From NCBI RefSeq assembly GCF_000981445.1, contig NC_027216.1, forward strand, positions 62,001 through 126,000: a stretch of DNA of 64,000 nucleotides, in the 5' to 3' direction. Below the pieces are notes generated by a model. That model saw only the letters and a program-made list of their open reading frames with translations. It was not told the origin of the DNA and searched no databases. A program made the translations under genes and the position numbers. This document shows positions 39,117 through 48,938 of the stretch, piece by piece. Every line of letters begins with the position of its first letter. Position 1 is the first letter of the stretch. This stretch comes from Babesia bigemina (Eukaryota).

Positions 39117-39275
39117 ATGAGGGAGTCGCTACAGGATATTAGCGAAATGAAGGCAACGGTGGAGGATAAGATGTAAACGAGAGAGTCGCTACAGGATATT
39201 AGCGAAATTAAGGCAACGCTGAAGGATATGAGGGAAATGATGGCGTCGCTGAAGGATATGAGGGAAATGAAGGAG
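39117..39275 (+). repeat. Degenerate 30-bp (10-codon) tandem repeat with a roughly 60-bp higher-order duplication
   Basis: GAGTCGCTACAGGATATTAGCGAAAT at 39123 and 39183; CGCTGAAGGATATGAGGGAAATGA twice 30 bp apart; translates MRESLQDISE MKATVEDKM* TRESLQDISE IKATLKDMRE MMASLKDMRE. Confidence 0.85.
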
Positions 39276-40286
39276 ATAGCTGAGACGATTAAATCGTTAG
39301 TACACTTGTTGCAGCGTGGCGCGTTACACAAAGACGTCGTGGTTCCATGCGAGTTGAAAACGCCACATCCGGATGGTGGAGCAGGGACCTCACCGTCCGG
39401 TGGCGGTCAACAGCAGTTGTGTTCTGCTCCTCCACAATTACAACATGCCAGTTTACAAGCTCAGTCGGTAAACATACCCGAAACTTGTGTGATTAAAAAA
39501 TCGCCTAATTTAAGGGCCCATCAACGCGTGGTGTACCAGTCGCTGGTCCATATCCCTCGCAACTTCAAGGAGGCTGTTGACTGGTTGATAGCCGTGAGGG
39601 GAGACGATGCTGAGGGCAACTTGGCGGCATTGGGCGCGGCGCTTTACGATTTATACGTACACATGTCAGGTAGATCCATAGAGTGGTCAGCTCTAGATAA
39701 AGTCATACGCGTTTCTAGAGAGTTCTTAGAGCAAGAGAAGCTTAAAAAGCGTCTGTTTGTAAACATGATTCTGTTCCTCCTGGATGAGCGTCTGCGGGTA
39801 ACACCCAATATACTAACTACGACCGTTGTCTCCGAAGACGATACGGAGAACGAGAAGTACTTACAAAAAAAGGGTCTCACTGCTGACACCATCGCAGAAA
39901 AGCTATGTTGCGTCGTGGATGCATGTGCGGAGTTCCTGGGAAGAATAAAGAACCGCAGTCACTACAAGTCTGCTTACAGTCCGCAGGCGACGTGGGATGC
40001 GTCATTTTCGGCTCATCCGGAAAGCGGCGCAGTAATGTTCGTGGGAATGGCGCCAATGTTGGTTGCAAGCATATCATCTTTGAATGCTGCTGTGTTTGCT
40101 GCGAAATTGAGATTGCCGCCGTTTATTGCGTATAAGAGTATGCAGGAGTTGATACAAGCCTTGGGTTATGTAGAGCCGGAATGCCGTGCTGGCATGACGG
40201 CTTCGTGTGTCGGACGTGCTTTGAGCGGTTTTGATGTAGAGACAATTACCTTCCTTTACCAACTCGCTGGCTTCTGGGCGTTGTAG
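39228..40286 (+). CDS. ves-related (VESA N-terminal-like) multigene family protein; 5' end uncertain
   Basis: YQSLVHIPRNFKEAVDWL (ves-type P.NLKEAIDW), YKSAYSPQATWD, FVGMAPML, ALGYVEPECR and LYQLAGFW motifs typical of a Babesia ves-like family. Confidence 0.75.
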   Translation: MREMMASLKDMREMKEIAETIKSLVHLLQRGALHKDVVVPCELKTPHPDGGAGTSPSGGGQQQLCSAPPQLQHASLQAQSVNIPETCVIKKSPNLRAHQRVVYQSLVHIPRNFKEAVDWLIAVRGDDAEGNLAALGAALYDLYVHMSGRSIEWSALDKVIRVSREFLEQEKLKKRLFVNMILFLLDERLRVTPNILTTTVVSEDDTENEKYLQKKGLTADTIAEKLCCVVDACAEFLGRIKNRSHYKSAYSPQATWDASFSAHPESGAVMFVGMAPMLVASISSLNAAVFAAKLRLPPFIAYKSMQELIQALGYVEPECRAGMTASCVGRALSGFDVETITFLYQLAGFWAL

Positions 40287-40777
40287 TGATAGGGGATTGC
40301 AAGAGCTGTGAAAGCAGCCAGGCACAAAAAGGTGTCGACTTTGATTTCCAGTCAGTAGCATCAACGAAGTCTTACCGTAGAGTTCTAATTATGAAGTGTA
40401 ATTATTACCAGTGTCATCCTCACACACATCGTACCCTATGCCGGTGTCGCCAAGTGTGACAACATAATCTTGTGTTGCGTTAATGGTATTCATGGCACGT
40501 TGTGGCAAGTCGTTTGAACGTTGCACGTTTCAATGCCTGCATTGTACGGCAGACGTGTTGAAGTCGAGCAATAAACGGTATTAACGTGCAGGCGACGAGT
40601 TCATAGCACAAGCAGTCAGCTGTCTTACGACGAATATCAATGCACAACATACTAGTTGCCCATACCCACACCAGATGTATAATGCGTTATGGCTATGACG
40701 TTTATGTTTACAAAAGTGTGAAATCGGAGGACCTTCATCACAGACACTGTATGCATGGTTAGGATAACGATTATTCG

Positions 40778-40898
40778 CAAGCCCGCAGTGCCGGTTCACC
40801 TTGACCTCGCTGACCGGTATGAGCTTCCCCTTGCCGCTTCGCGACAGCAGCATCAGGTGACGCCCCGTCGGCATAGTCTCATCAGCACCATTTAGCGC
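40778..40898 (-). pseudogene. 121-bp inverted fragment of the neighbouring gyrA 3' coding region (33023-33143)
   Basis: Reverse complement matches 33023-33143 with one visible substitution (GAG GCT vs GAG ACT); translates ALNGADETMPTGRHLMLLSRSGKGKLIPVSEVKVNRHCGL. Confidence 0.95.
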
Positions 40899-41469
40899 CA
40901 CTGCCGTTGTATATTACGTTCCGCGGCATCCGACATAATTATGCAAATAGAATCGTGGTGTACTTAAAACCGACCAGTGAGTGCCGAGGTATCAACTGCC
41001 AATGCTTCGCACAATTTCAAGAAATTAAGTTGCAACAGCGTGTTTTCCCGTTAATGTAACACATTCTATAGGGCAGTCGATTTGTTAACGTCGTGTCATT
41101 GTGCCACGGTGCGAAACATAGCAGGCAGCAAGGGGACGTAATGCGGTTAATAACAGCCAAGAACGCGTCTGCCACAAACAGTCTATGGACCAGCTGAGCC
41201 CGTAATCTGAGGCAATGTAGTCATATTACGGAGGTTGGCTTCACGAGACTTAAAGATCAGAACAGCGGATGATTGACATGCCTGGTAGTTTGCTTCAATG
41301 TGTGGCTCCATCCAACATCTGTGTGGCGTTTCAGCAACAATGTATGTTGCCTTGACATTAATTATTGAAAAATTCATGCCTGCGATTCTCATCTCGGCTT
41401 TCGTTGAGCCAACAAAAGTTATATTGCTAGTATATTCGTCCAACCATATGTTACTTAAGGCGTTTCGTC

Positions 41470-42904
41470 TCACGGACACTTGCGCTGTAGTATTCGTTCG
41501 AATCCGTGTTCCTGGCACTCTTCACGTGAGACACAAAGGGATTCGAAAAGCCCGAGCGACCCTAGTATTGAAGCCCCGATGAAGCTGCTGTACTGCTGCT
41601 CGTCTCCCCCCACAGCCATATACAAGGGCTGTTCCACATCTGCACGCATGTTAGTAAGATTGCAAACACGCATTCGTCGTACCTGGGAATCGTTTTGCGA
41701 AGCGTTTTTGCAAAAGTGGAAGCACTGCAGGGTGCCGTGTGGTCCCACCCGACATTATGACTGCTCGTAGCGCTTCGGGCAGACATGCCGCTGGCTCCAT
41801 TTCGGCAGCGGTGCTATACGAATTTGCGAGCAACACGTCGAGGCCGCGAAGGTTTCGCAAAGTCTGTCCCAGGGTTAACTGTTCCGGGTCCTTGGGCAGC
41901 TTCGGCAGGGTCTCCAGTTGGAATGCGTTGAAGTCTTCTACATCTTGTAGGTACTCAGGCTCGCTGAATATACAGCAGCAGAAGACACCGCACATGGCCT
42001 TTCCCATTTCTGTGTCGATGTAGCTGCCATCGGGCAGGGCGAAGCAGGAATCGCTTGCCTCGACGTCTACTTCCAGCTTTTCGCCCATGATGCAGCATGT
42101 TTCCTTGACTCTGGAGGTAGCGTAAAGCCGCGCATAGTCATAGTACTCCTCGCGCACAAAGGGCAGCTGTCTGACGGAGACCGCTCGTGCTTCGTTATTC
42201 TTCTTCTGATATTTTGTCGCTGCATTGTCATCCGACTTGCTCGCCTTGATGTACTCGAAGGAGGGGCGTATTTTTGTGCCTGATCTGTTGAGGTGCCCCA
42301 GAAGGATGCGATCGAGGAGCGTTCCGCCCATGGGCTGCTCTTGTATGGTTTCTTGCAGCACGTAGCCGTCTGACACCACAGTTACATTGCTGCATGCGCC
42401 TCCGACGTCGACGACCACGGCGCTCCCTTTTCCTGTGGCATAGCACGACAGGGCCGCCCTCTTACACATGTAGAACTTGTCTACCCGTTGTCCTTCTATC
42501 AGTATTTCCGCCATGGTCTTACGAAATTCGGGTGAGTGTATGTTCGGCTCTGTCGCTATCACGGCGCCCCCCTCCATGATATCATCAACGAACTTCGAGC
42601 CCGCGGCACACTCCAGGAGTTTGTCCATGACACTGTACTTGAGTTTGTATCGGCCTTGTTCGTATGTGACGGCCGGTATCGGCAGTGTGTTGTCATGTTT
42701 CTCTCTGGGATTTAGCGGGAATATGGCGTAATCAAGCCAGTTGTTCACATTGCCACCTGAGAAGTCGCATAGTTCCGCCTGGTCCACCTTCAAGTTTGGC
42801 TGTCCAAAATACGGCGGCGCGATGAAGGGAGGTATTTTTTCACCCACCCTGCCTACTCTCACCGTGACGGTGCCGAAATCTACGATAAACGGTTTGGTTG
42901 TCAT
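41470..42904 (-). CDS. Nuclear actin-related protein, ARP4/ACTL6-like (intron 41682-41640)
   Basis: Actin-fold motifs VDFGT, ATEP, LSCYATGKGSAVVVDVGG, MSGGTT; C-terminus SFIGASILGSLGLFESLCVSREECQEHG...LQRKCP matches the ARP4 ending. Confidence 0.85.
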
Positions 42905-43660
42905 CTTGCTTTGCTAAGTGTCCTCCCTGATGCAGATCCACCAATGCGCAAGTAGCACATACAACGTAATGCGAACGTCAGTACGATTCAGGTATACGCA
43001 CCAAATCAATTTCAATTTCAGTTGTGTAACGAATCCTTCGCCATCTTGAAGTATGCAATCAAGTCAGCGCGTTCATACGGCCGCCCTTAACAAGACATTC
43101 ATGTAGGACTCTTCACCTATCCAATTCATCGATGCTAATAAGCGACTTGCTTTCCTGCGAGTGACGTGTGCGACCCCCTGATAATTTCTCCGTTTCACTG
43201 TGTACGATGATCGTGATTCCACCCGTGTAACAACGCAGGTGGCGACCTTCTCTGTGCTCCAAACTGCCGAAACGGAGCTTACCAGCGTCTTTATATACGA
43301 ATTTGCGTTCTTTCCAGCTTCCTGAGTGTTCTCTTTAAACACACATCGCCTTGTCGCCGTAGCCCACGTATGTGTAAATACGCACTGAGTGCTACAATTA
43401 AGGCAGCACCTTTCGGCGCAGAAAATGAGCTATACCATAGTGCTTACAAATAAAGTGCTATTGCGTTTATTTAAGTTTCAGCTGCGGCCGTTGCTCTGCG
43501 CGTGTGTCTGTGTGCGCAGCTACAGATTCGCATTCCGATACAATACGGCTGCCACACCGAGCACAAGGTCATATTCCGCTTGGTTTAGACCTATTGCCAT
43601 CTATCGTACAGTTTCTATTCGCTTGCCGCTTCCTTTAAAAATTGCGGTTAACGTTTTGCG

Positions 43661-45378
43661 TCAGATATCCACCTCTGGCTTGAGGATGGGCTTAAAGTGC
43701 TGCTTTTCCAGGATTCCCACCTCTGTGACCACGATCTGCTCGTTGTTGGGTATGAGTATGAGCAGCGTGATTTGCACGATTCCCGATACCATGCCTATGA
43801 AGTTGGGTGCGATGACGATGTAGTCCCATATTATGAATCCGTAACAGAGCGTGAAGAACGATCCTATGAAGTTTGCAAGTGATATTTCCGTTGGCATCGC
43901 CGAGGTGCTCTTGTTCTTCATGATTTCCCGGATCGACAGCAAGGGTGCGATATATGAGAAGGCCTGTATGGATCCTCCGAAAAGCCCTATGAACTTGAGG
44001 TACGGCTCACTTTCGACACCTAGGTATGCGCACGCCAGCACTAGGCACGAGGCTGCAAATACTTTGTAGGACACGTGCAGAATGTGCTTCTGTTGTCCGT
44101 CCTTGCAGTACTTGTGAAACACCATGATGTAGCAGCAGTTGAGCAGCAATCCTGCATGTCTGTTAGAGATGCCATTAACACAGGCGGCATGCACCATTCA
44201 ACGTATGTACGACTTCGTGTTCAGCCACAAGCAGCGGTTAGCCCCGCAGTTTTGGTTCGCGGGGCGACGCCCTGCTTCATCAGCTGCAACAGGGTCCGCT
44301 AACGTCCGCGTACCGCGGGCCCACTTAACGAAAGACGTTGCGACTGAGAGCGTTTCAACTCCATGTAGTGGAGTTGAGACCTCCACAGTTCGTCGTACGT
44401 TCCTTCGGATGTCATGGTATACAGCCTGGTATCAATACGCTTTGCTACTATGCGTACAGCACACGCAGTTCCACGTTAACGACTCATGGACACACGCAAC
44501 ATACCTGGCAAACTGGAGAGTATGATGACCATGTTGTATGAAAGTACTCCGTACAACGACCATAGGAAGTTGGCAAACGCCACCGTGACGAAGTTGAGGG
44601 TCTTCAGGCTCCCCGTTGACTTGTTCCACCTGATGGTCATAACTGTGTGCAGCGGTATCAGCTGAGTGAGTAGTGACGAAAATATGGTCCCGGAGCTAAT
44701 CAGGAAGTTGAAATCTGTCTGAATGATTTCCAATATCCCTTGCACAAGGTCCCTGAAGAAGCCCCTTTCTTGCGACATGGCCTCTCCATTGTAGGCCGAC
44801 GCTACCGCTCCCTCCGGCTGCTGCGCCATGAGCACCTTTGCCCCGGAAATGTATGCATCTGCGTCGTGAGTGGTAGCTTCTGCGGTTTCCCCTGGATGAG
44901 CAGTTGGAACAGCGGCGTTGTCGTTAGCATTCACAGCAGGGCCCGGTTGTTCATCACCCTTCTCTTTAGCTATGGTTTCCACGGCTGCTGGTGTATCAAC
45001 AGCTTCCTTGGTCGTCCCATCCACAGGAGTAGCTGTTTGCGCATCTGCTCCTCCGTTGGCTGTGCCATCGGCTGGCGGCGTAGCCTGTTGAGTCGCGTTT
45101 GGCGCCGCATCCGCCGCTCGTCCATCAACTAGAGTCGCATCTCTGATGGTTACGGTACTAGTTATTGGCCTTAAAGCGTCGCTTTCTGCTTGCGGGCTCG
45201 TATGCGCATTGTCGCTTACGGGCTTGTCGAGTACAGCCGCACTTTCCGGGTTCCCCGTGTTTTGTAGCACCTTTTGTTGCGATTCAACTAGATTCGTGGC
45301 GGCGATATTGATAAGTAGGAGATACACCAGCCGTCGGCAGCGCGACATTTTGGCGCGCGGGATAGCGTTCCCCGCCAA
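43661..45378 (-). CDS. SWEET/MtN3-saliva sugar transporter with signal peptide and long low-complexity N-terminal extension (intron 44504-44152)
   Basis: Two MtN3 repeats: IPLHTVMTIRWNKSTG...LWSLYG and APLLSIREIMKNKSTSAMP...CYGFIIWDYIVIAPNFIG; the splice joins ILSSLPG|LLLNCCYIMVF in frame. Confidence 0.88.
44200..44402. ncRNA. Candidate structured RNA element inside the SWEET intron (class unknown)
   Basis: Nested inverted repeats 44207-44213/44392-44398, 44233-44237/44296-44300, 44241-44247/44259-44265, 44270-44274/44290-44294, 44306-44310/44314-44318 and 44355-44363/44369-44377. Confidence 0.4.
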
Positions 45379-45522
45379 TAGATTTATACTACTTTTCGAA
45401 TCTCACTAGTTTGTGCTTTCTAAAATATCGTTTCGCGTTACTGTTTCGTTTGTTAGGCGTGTCATACGGCACGAGGTCCTCATCGCGCCGCCGCCCCCAA
45501 CCGCGTCGTGCCGCGCAGATTT

Positions 45523-46358
45523 ATGGAGATTCTTACGACTCAATCAGATCTGAAACCGCAGGTTTTGGGGGACATCTACCTTGGATACTTCGTGCCGAGT
45601 GTGCTCTGCGGCCGTTCCGATGCGTTCAGGCGCGACATAACATCGTTCATATCGGAGTGGATCTCGGGTGCACTTGTGTCGGACCTGGGAAGTTTTTTGG
45701 AGGTTGGTTTGGTTACGCTCGTCCCTTAAACGTGTACGTATGTGACTTTGTAGGCGAAGGGCGCCTTTGTTTGTTGGTGTAACTGAAGTACCGGCCGTTG
45801 GTGTCTTGCATGTCAGCGCTATACAAACTTGCAGATACATCCCGACTTTGGGCTATATTCCATCGGCGACCTGTTCCGCGAGCGCCATTTGTCCAAGCTG
45901 TTAGTTGTCTCCCCGAAAGAGTCGGTGTCTGACGTGTGGGAGATTCTTTGGGGCATATGGGCCGGTAGGTCAGCGTCTGTGCTGCGTCAAATGCTGTTGC
46001 AGACGTGTTGAAGAGCATCTCGTCTGATCGTTACGACGCCGTTTCGCTCTTGTACGGCGTGGCGTGCATCTATGTGATGTTCTACTTGTACCACTGTCAG
46101 ACAGGCCCCGAGATTTTGCCGATACCCCTTGCCATCGGTGAGTCAACCTTGCTTGTTGCATATAACGCTGCAGACACTATATCCATTTGTTTGGACGTCT
46201 GCACGGTGTCATTATCGCGTTTCCGCATCTGCACAGTTTCGGACGTTTTTGACCTGCTGTTTCGCCGTCACTGCATCCGTGTGTGCCTCCACGACGGCCT
46301 CCAGTACATTCCGCAGGACCGCGTGGGGCGGCCGCTTGGTTGTTCAAGAAAGTTATAG
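45523..46358 (+). CDS. SNAPc subunit 1 (SNAP43/SNAPC1)-like protein (multi-exon)
   Basis: Spliced product has AFRRDITSFISEW, LFRERHLSKLLVVSP, YGVACIYVMFYLYHCQ...IPLAI and SDVFDLLFRRHCIRVC, co-linear with the SNAPC1 N-terminal domain as recalled (FKRDIDELIDEF / WLSRKFSYIYEASP / GALYLLYGLYNTQ). Confidence 0.55.
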
Positions 46359-46622
46359 AGCGAAATAGGCGGTTCCAAGTGCCCCTATTACGGGCGTGCA
46401 ACTTCGCCGGAAATCGCCGTGTTTTATCGCATAGTGTACCGATGTTCGCGGGTACTGAGCAAGTTGTGTTTGCCGTTTAGGCGTATAAGGATGTTGGAGT
46501 GTCGCGTGCTCATCCATGCTATTCCACGTGGATAATTGTTTCAACTGAACGGCACCGCATACTGTGTTGCGTAGGTCGGAATGTGACCGCGAACCGCCAC
46601 CCCGGTATTCGTTACTGCTGCT

Positions 46623-47504
46623 ATGGTGAAGTTCGGTCAGGTTGTTATTGGCCCGCCAGGTTCTGGCAAGTCCACGTACTGTGCGGGAGCCAAGCAGCTG
46701 CTGAACAGTCTGGGAAGGCCAACTGCGATTGTGAACCTGGACCCCCAAGTGACGTCGTTTGAACTGCCGTATACGCCGGACGTTGACATTGGCGAGTTGG
46801 TGGATTCGCAGAAGGTTGCCGAGTTCATGGATTTGGGGCCAAACGCGTCGTTGTTGTATGCGATGGATTATCTGTTGGCTAACTTGGATTGGTTGACCGG
46901 CAAAATTGAGGCCCTTGGCGATGTGTACCTGCTGTACGATATCCCCGGTCAGATTGAGTTGTTCACGCACCACACTGCGCTGAGGGATATCATTGACGCC
47001 CTCCAACGTAAGCATGCACACCGTCTGACTGGCGTAAACCTGATAGATTCGACGTTGTGCGCGGATCCTTTCAAATACGTCGCTGCGCTGCTAACATCAC
47101 TGAGCTGCCAGATCTTCATCCAGCTGCCGCACGTGAACGTGCTGAGCAAGTTAGACTTGTTGCGTTTGGTGTCTAAGGATTTGGCGTTCAAACTCGAGTT
47201 CTACACGTCTGTGTTATCGCTGGACGAGTTGCTGTCTTATTTGAAAACATCATCTTCCTACCGCCTGAACGAACGCTTCGAGCGCTTTACTGGCGCCCTA
47301 TGCGAACTGATCGACGACTTCAACTTGGTGTCTTTTGCCACCCTCGACGTGCAGAATCGCGATTCAGTAATGAAGCTGATAAAGCTGGTTGATCGCTCCA
47401 CTGGTTACATCTCCGGTCCTGCGTTTGATGCGTACGGCATGGATGGCGATTTGGACCTGGACTACTGCGTCCGAGAGTGCGAGGATAACGGCTACTTGGA
47501 ATAA
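46623..47504 (+). CDS. GPN2: GPN-loop GTPase 2
   Basis: FGQVVIGPPGSGKSTYC (Walker A), NLDP, LGPN, YDIPGQIELFTHH, PHVNVLSKLD. Confidence 0.9.
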   Translation: MVKFGQVVIGPPGSGKSTYCAGAKQLLNSLGRPTAIVNLDPQVTSFELPYTPDVDIGELVDSQKVAEFMDLGPNASLLYAMDYLLANLDWLTGKIEALGDVYLLYDIPGQIELFTHHTALRDIIDALQRKHAHRLTGVNLIDSTLCADPFKYVAALLTSLSCQIFIQLPHVNVLSKLDLLRLVSKDLAFKLEFYTSVLSLDELLSYLKTSSSYRLNERFERFTGALCELIDDFNLVSFATLDVQNRDSVMKLIKLVDRSTGYISGPAFDAYGMDGDLDLDYCVRECEDNGYLE

Positions 47505-48938
47505 CAAGCCGCACCGTCGTTAGGATAATTCGAGCTCCGTTTTGCCGGCGAGCAGTGCATTTACTCACGTCGCACGAGCGCCGTCTGGCACATTGGGGCT
47601 GCTGCACGCTTGTCGAGAAGCCGATTTTGTACCAGAAAAATGGTAAATGACTACTGTTGTATAACCGCTAGCTACTGAGCAGCTCTAACTCATCATTTAA
47701 GGCAGTAGCGCATTCGTGTTACCGACTTCTATTTTTTTCTGATGGCAGTGGCCCGAAATGACGCCTATCGACCCGCAATTAATAGCCATTCTCGACATTA
47801 AAGTAACGTATTATGTCCGGTGTCGGCATTGTGCGGTTATAAGTATTTTACATCGCCGCGCCTGTGACGCCGAGGTCGGTAAACATGCGATCCACTGGCG
47901 CAACCGCACTTTCACCTGCTGTATGCTGCCACTGAGCGAATACAATCGACATATGGCGGCCTTCCATGTTCTATCGCCGTGGAATGGCATGTATACATGA
48001 GGTGCGGAGTGATTGTGGCTGCAATGGTTGACCAGCATCCTCCGCTTATCGTTGCATTGATTTACACCAGCTTCCACCGTGTAGTGGCATTTCAACAGAA
48101 CAATCTTAATATGCGAATCCGTTACATACGAGAATCCACATCTTTAGCGGCGCAAATCAACTGCCGAGACCACTGCGCTCATGGAAGTCACCGGACGCAT
48201 TGCCGTTCACTTCCGCCATACCAAGACACACGCACCAGTGCGAGAGAGCGCGCGTTATTACACGAGAGCATGTTAATCGGAGATAACATATGTGGTACCG
48301 TACGCGGGCGGCGCCGCGGAACCAAGAGGCGGGCTGCGACCCTAAAGGATCAAACCTCAATACAGTGATTTAACGTGGAATTTGTAAGGAACAAAAATGC
48401 GTGGCAATTATTCTGGCTGCAATTCGCGCCAGAAAAGGTGCAACCTGCAGGAATCTCATGGCGTTGCAGTGGGCAGGCACGTGATTACGACTTCACTGGC
48501 GTTGCATTAATGAATGTACTGATTGCCAGTTACACATATAATTTTGAAACATTTTTTTGACACATAATTCCGGAAAGACACGCTACGAGGTCAAGGAAGA
48601 CGGTAATCGGCAGCACGGCGGCTGACCGGAAAGCGCCTCTCGAAATCATTATAAAACTCAGGATTCCTATTTCTAGTATAAGCGGCGTGGCTCTAAAACA
48701 TTGCGGTATCCCAGATACCGGTATAATGCAAAACGGCATTCAACGTATGCTCGCATTGCCTCCGGTGTTGCATGCAGATCCCGATTGTTAGTTAACAGCG
48801 AGTCGGTGTGTCACGCTGTATAGCCTTGCCCATTCAATCGTATTTTCTCATTTATAATTTCATTAGCGTAGATTGATTCCACGAGTCTGCGTTATTTGCA
48901 TTATTCTTTTGACGTGATTTGGTCGTGGACTGGGCAAA

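Noticed and set aside
41183..43342. Small ORFs at 41183-41518 and 43073-43342
   Set aside because: No recognisable motifs, non-ATG starts and positions in likely UTR or promoter space of ARP4.
44220..44285. SECIS-like ATGA...GA stem
   Set aside because: It is intronic, lacks a proper non-Watson-Crick quartet, and there is no in-frame UGA in the host gene.
44240..44290. Hammerhead ribozyme-like core on the minus strand (CTGATGA, a stem, then GAAC)
   Set aside because: The second core strand is GAAC rather than GAAA, the stem has a mismatch, and I could not build stems I and III.
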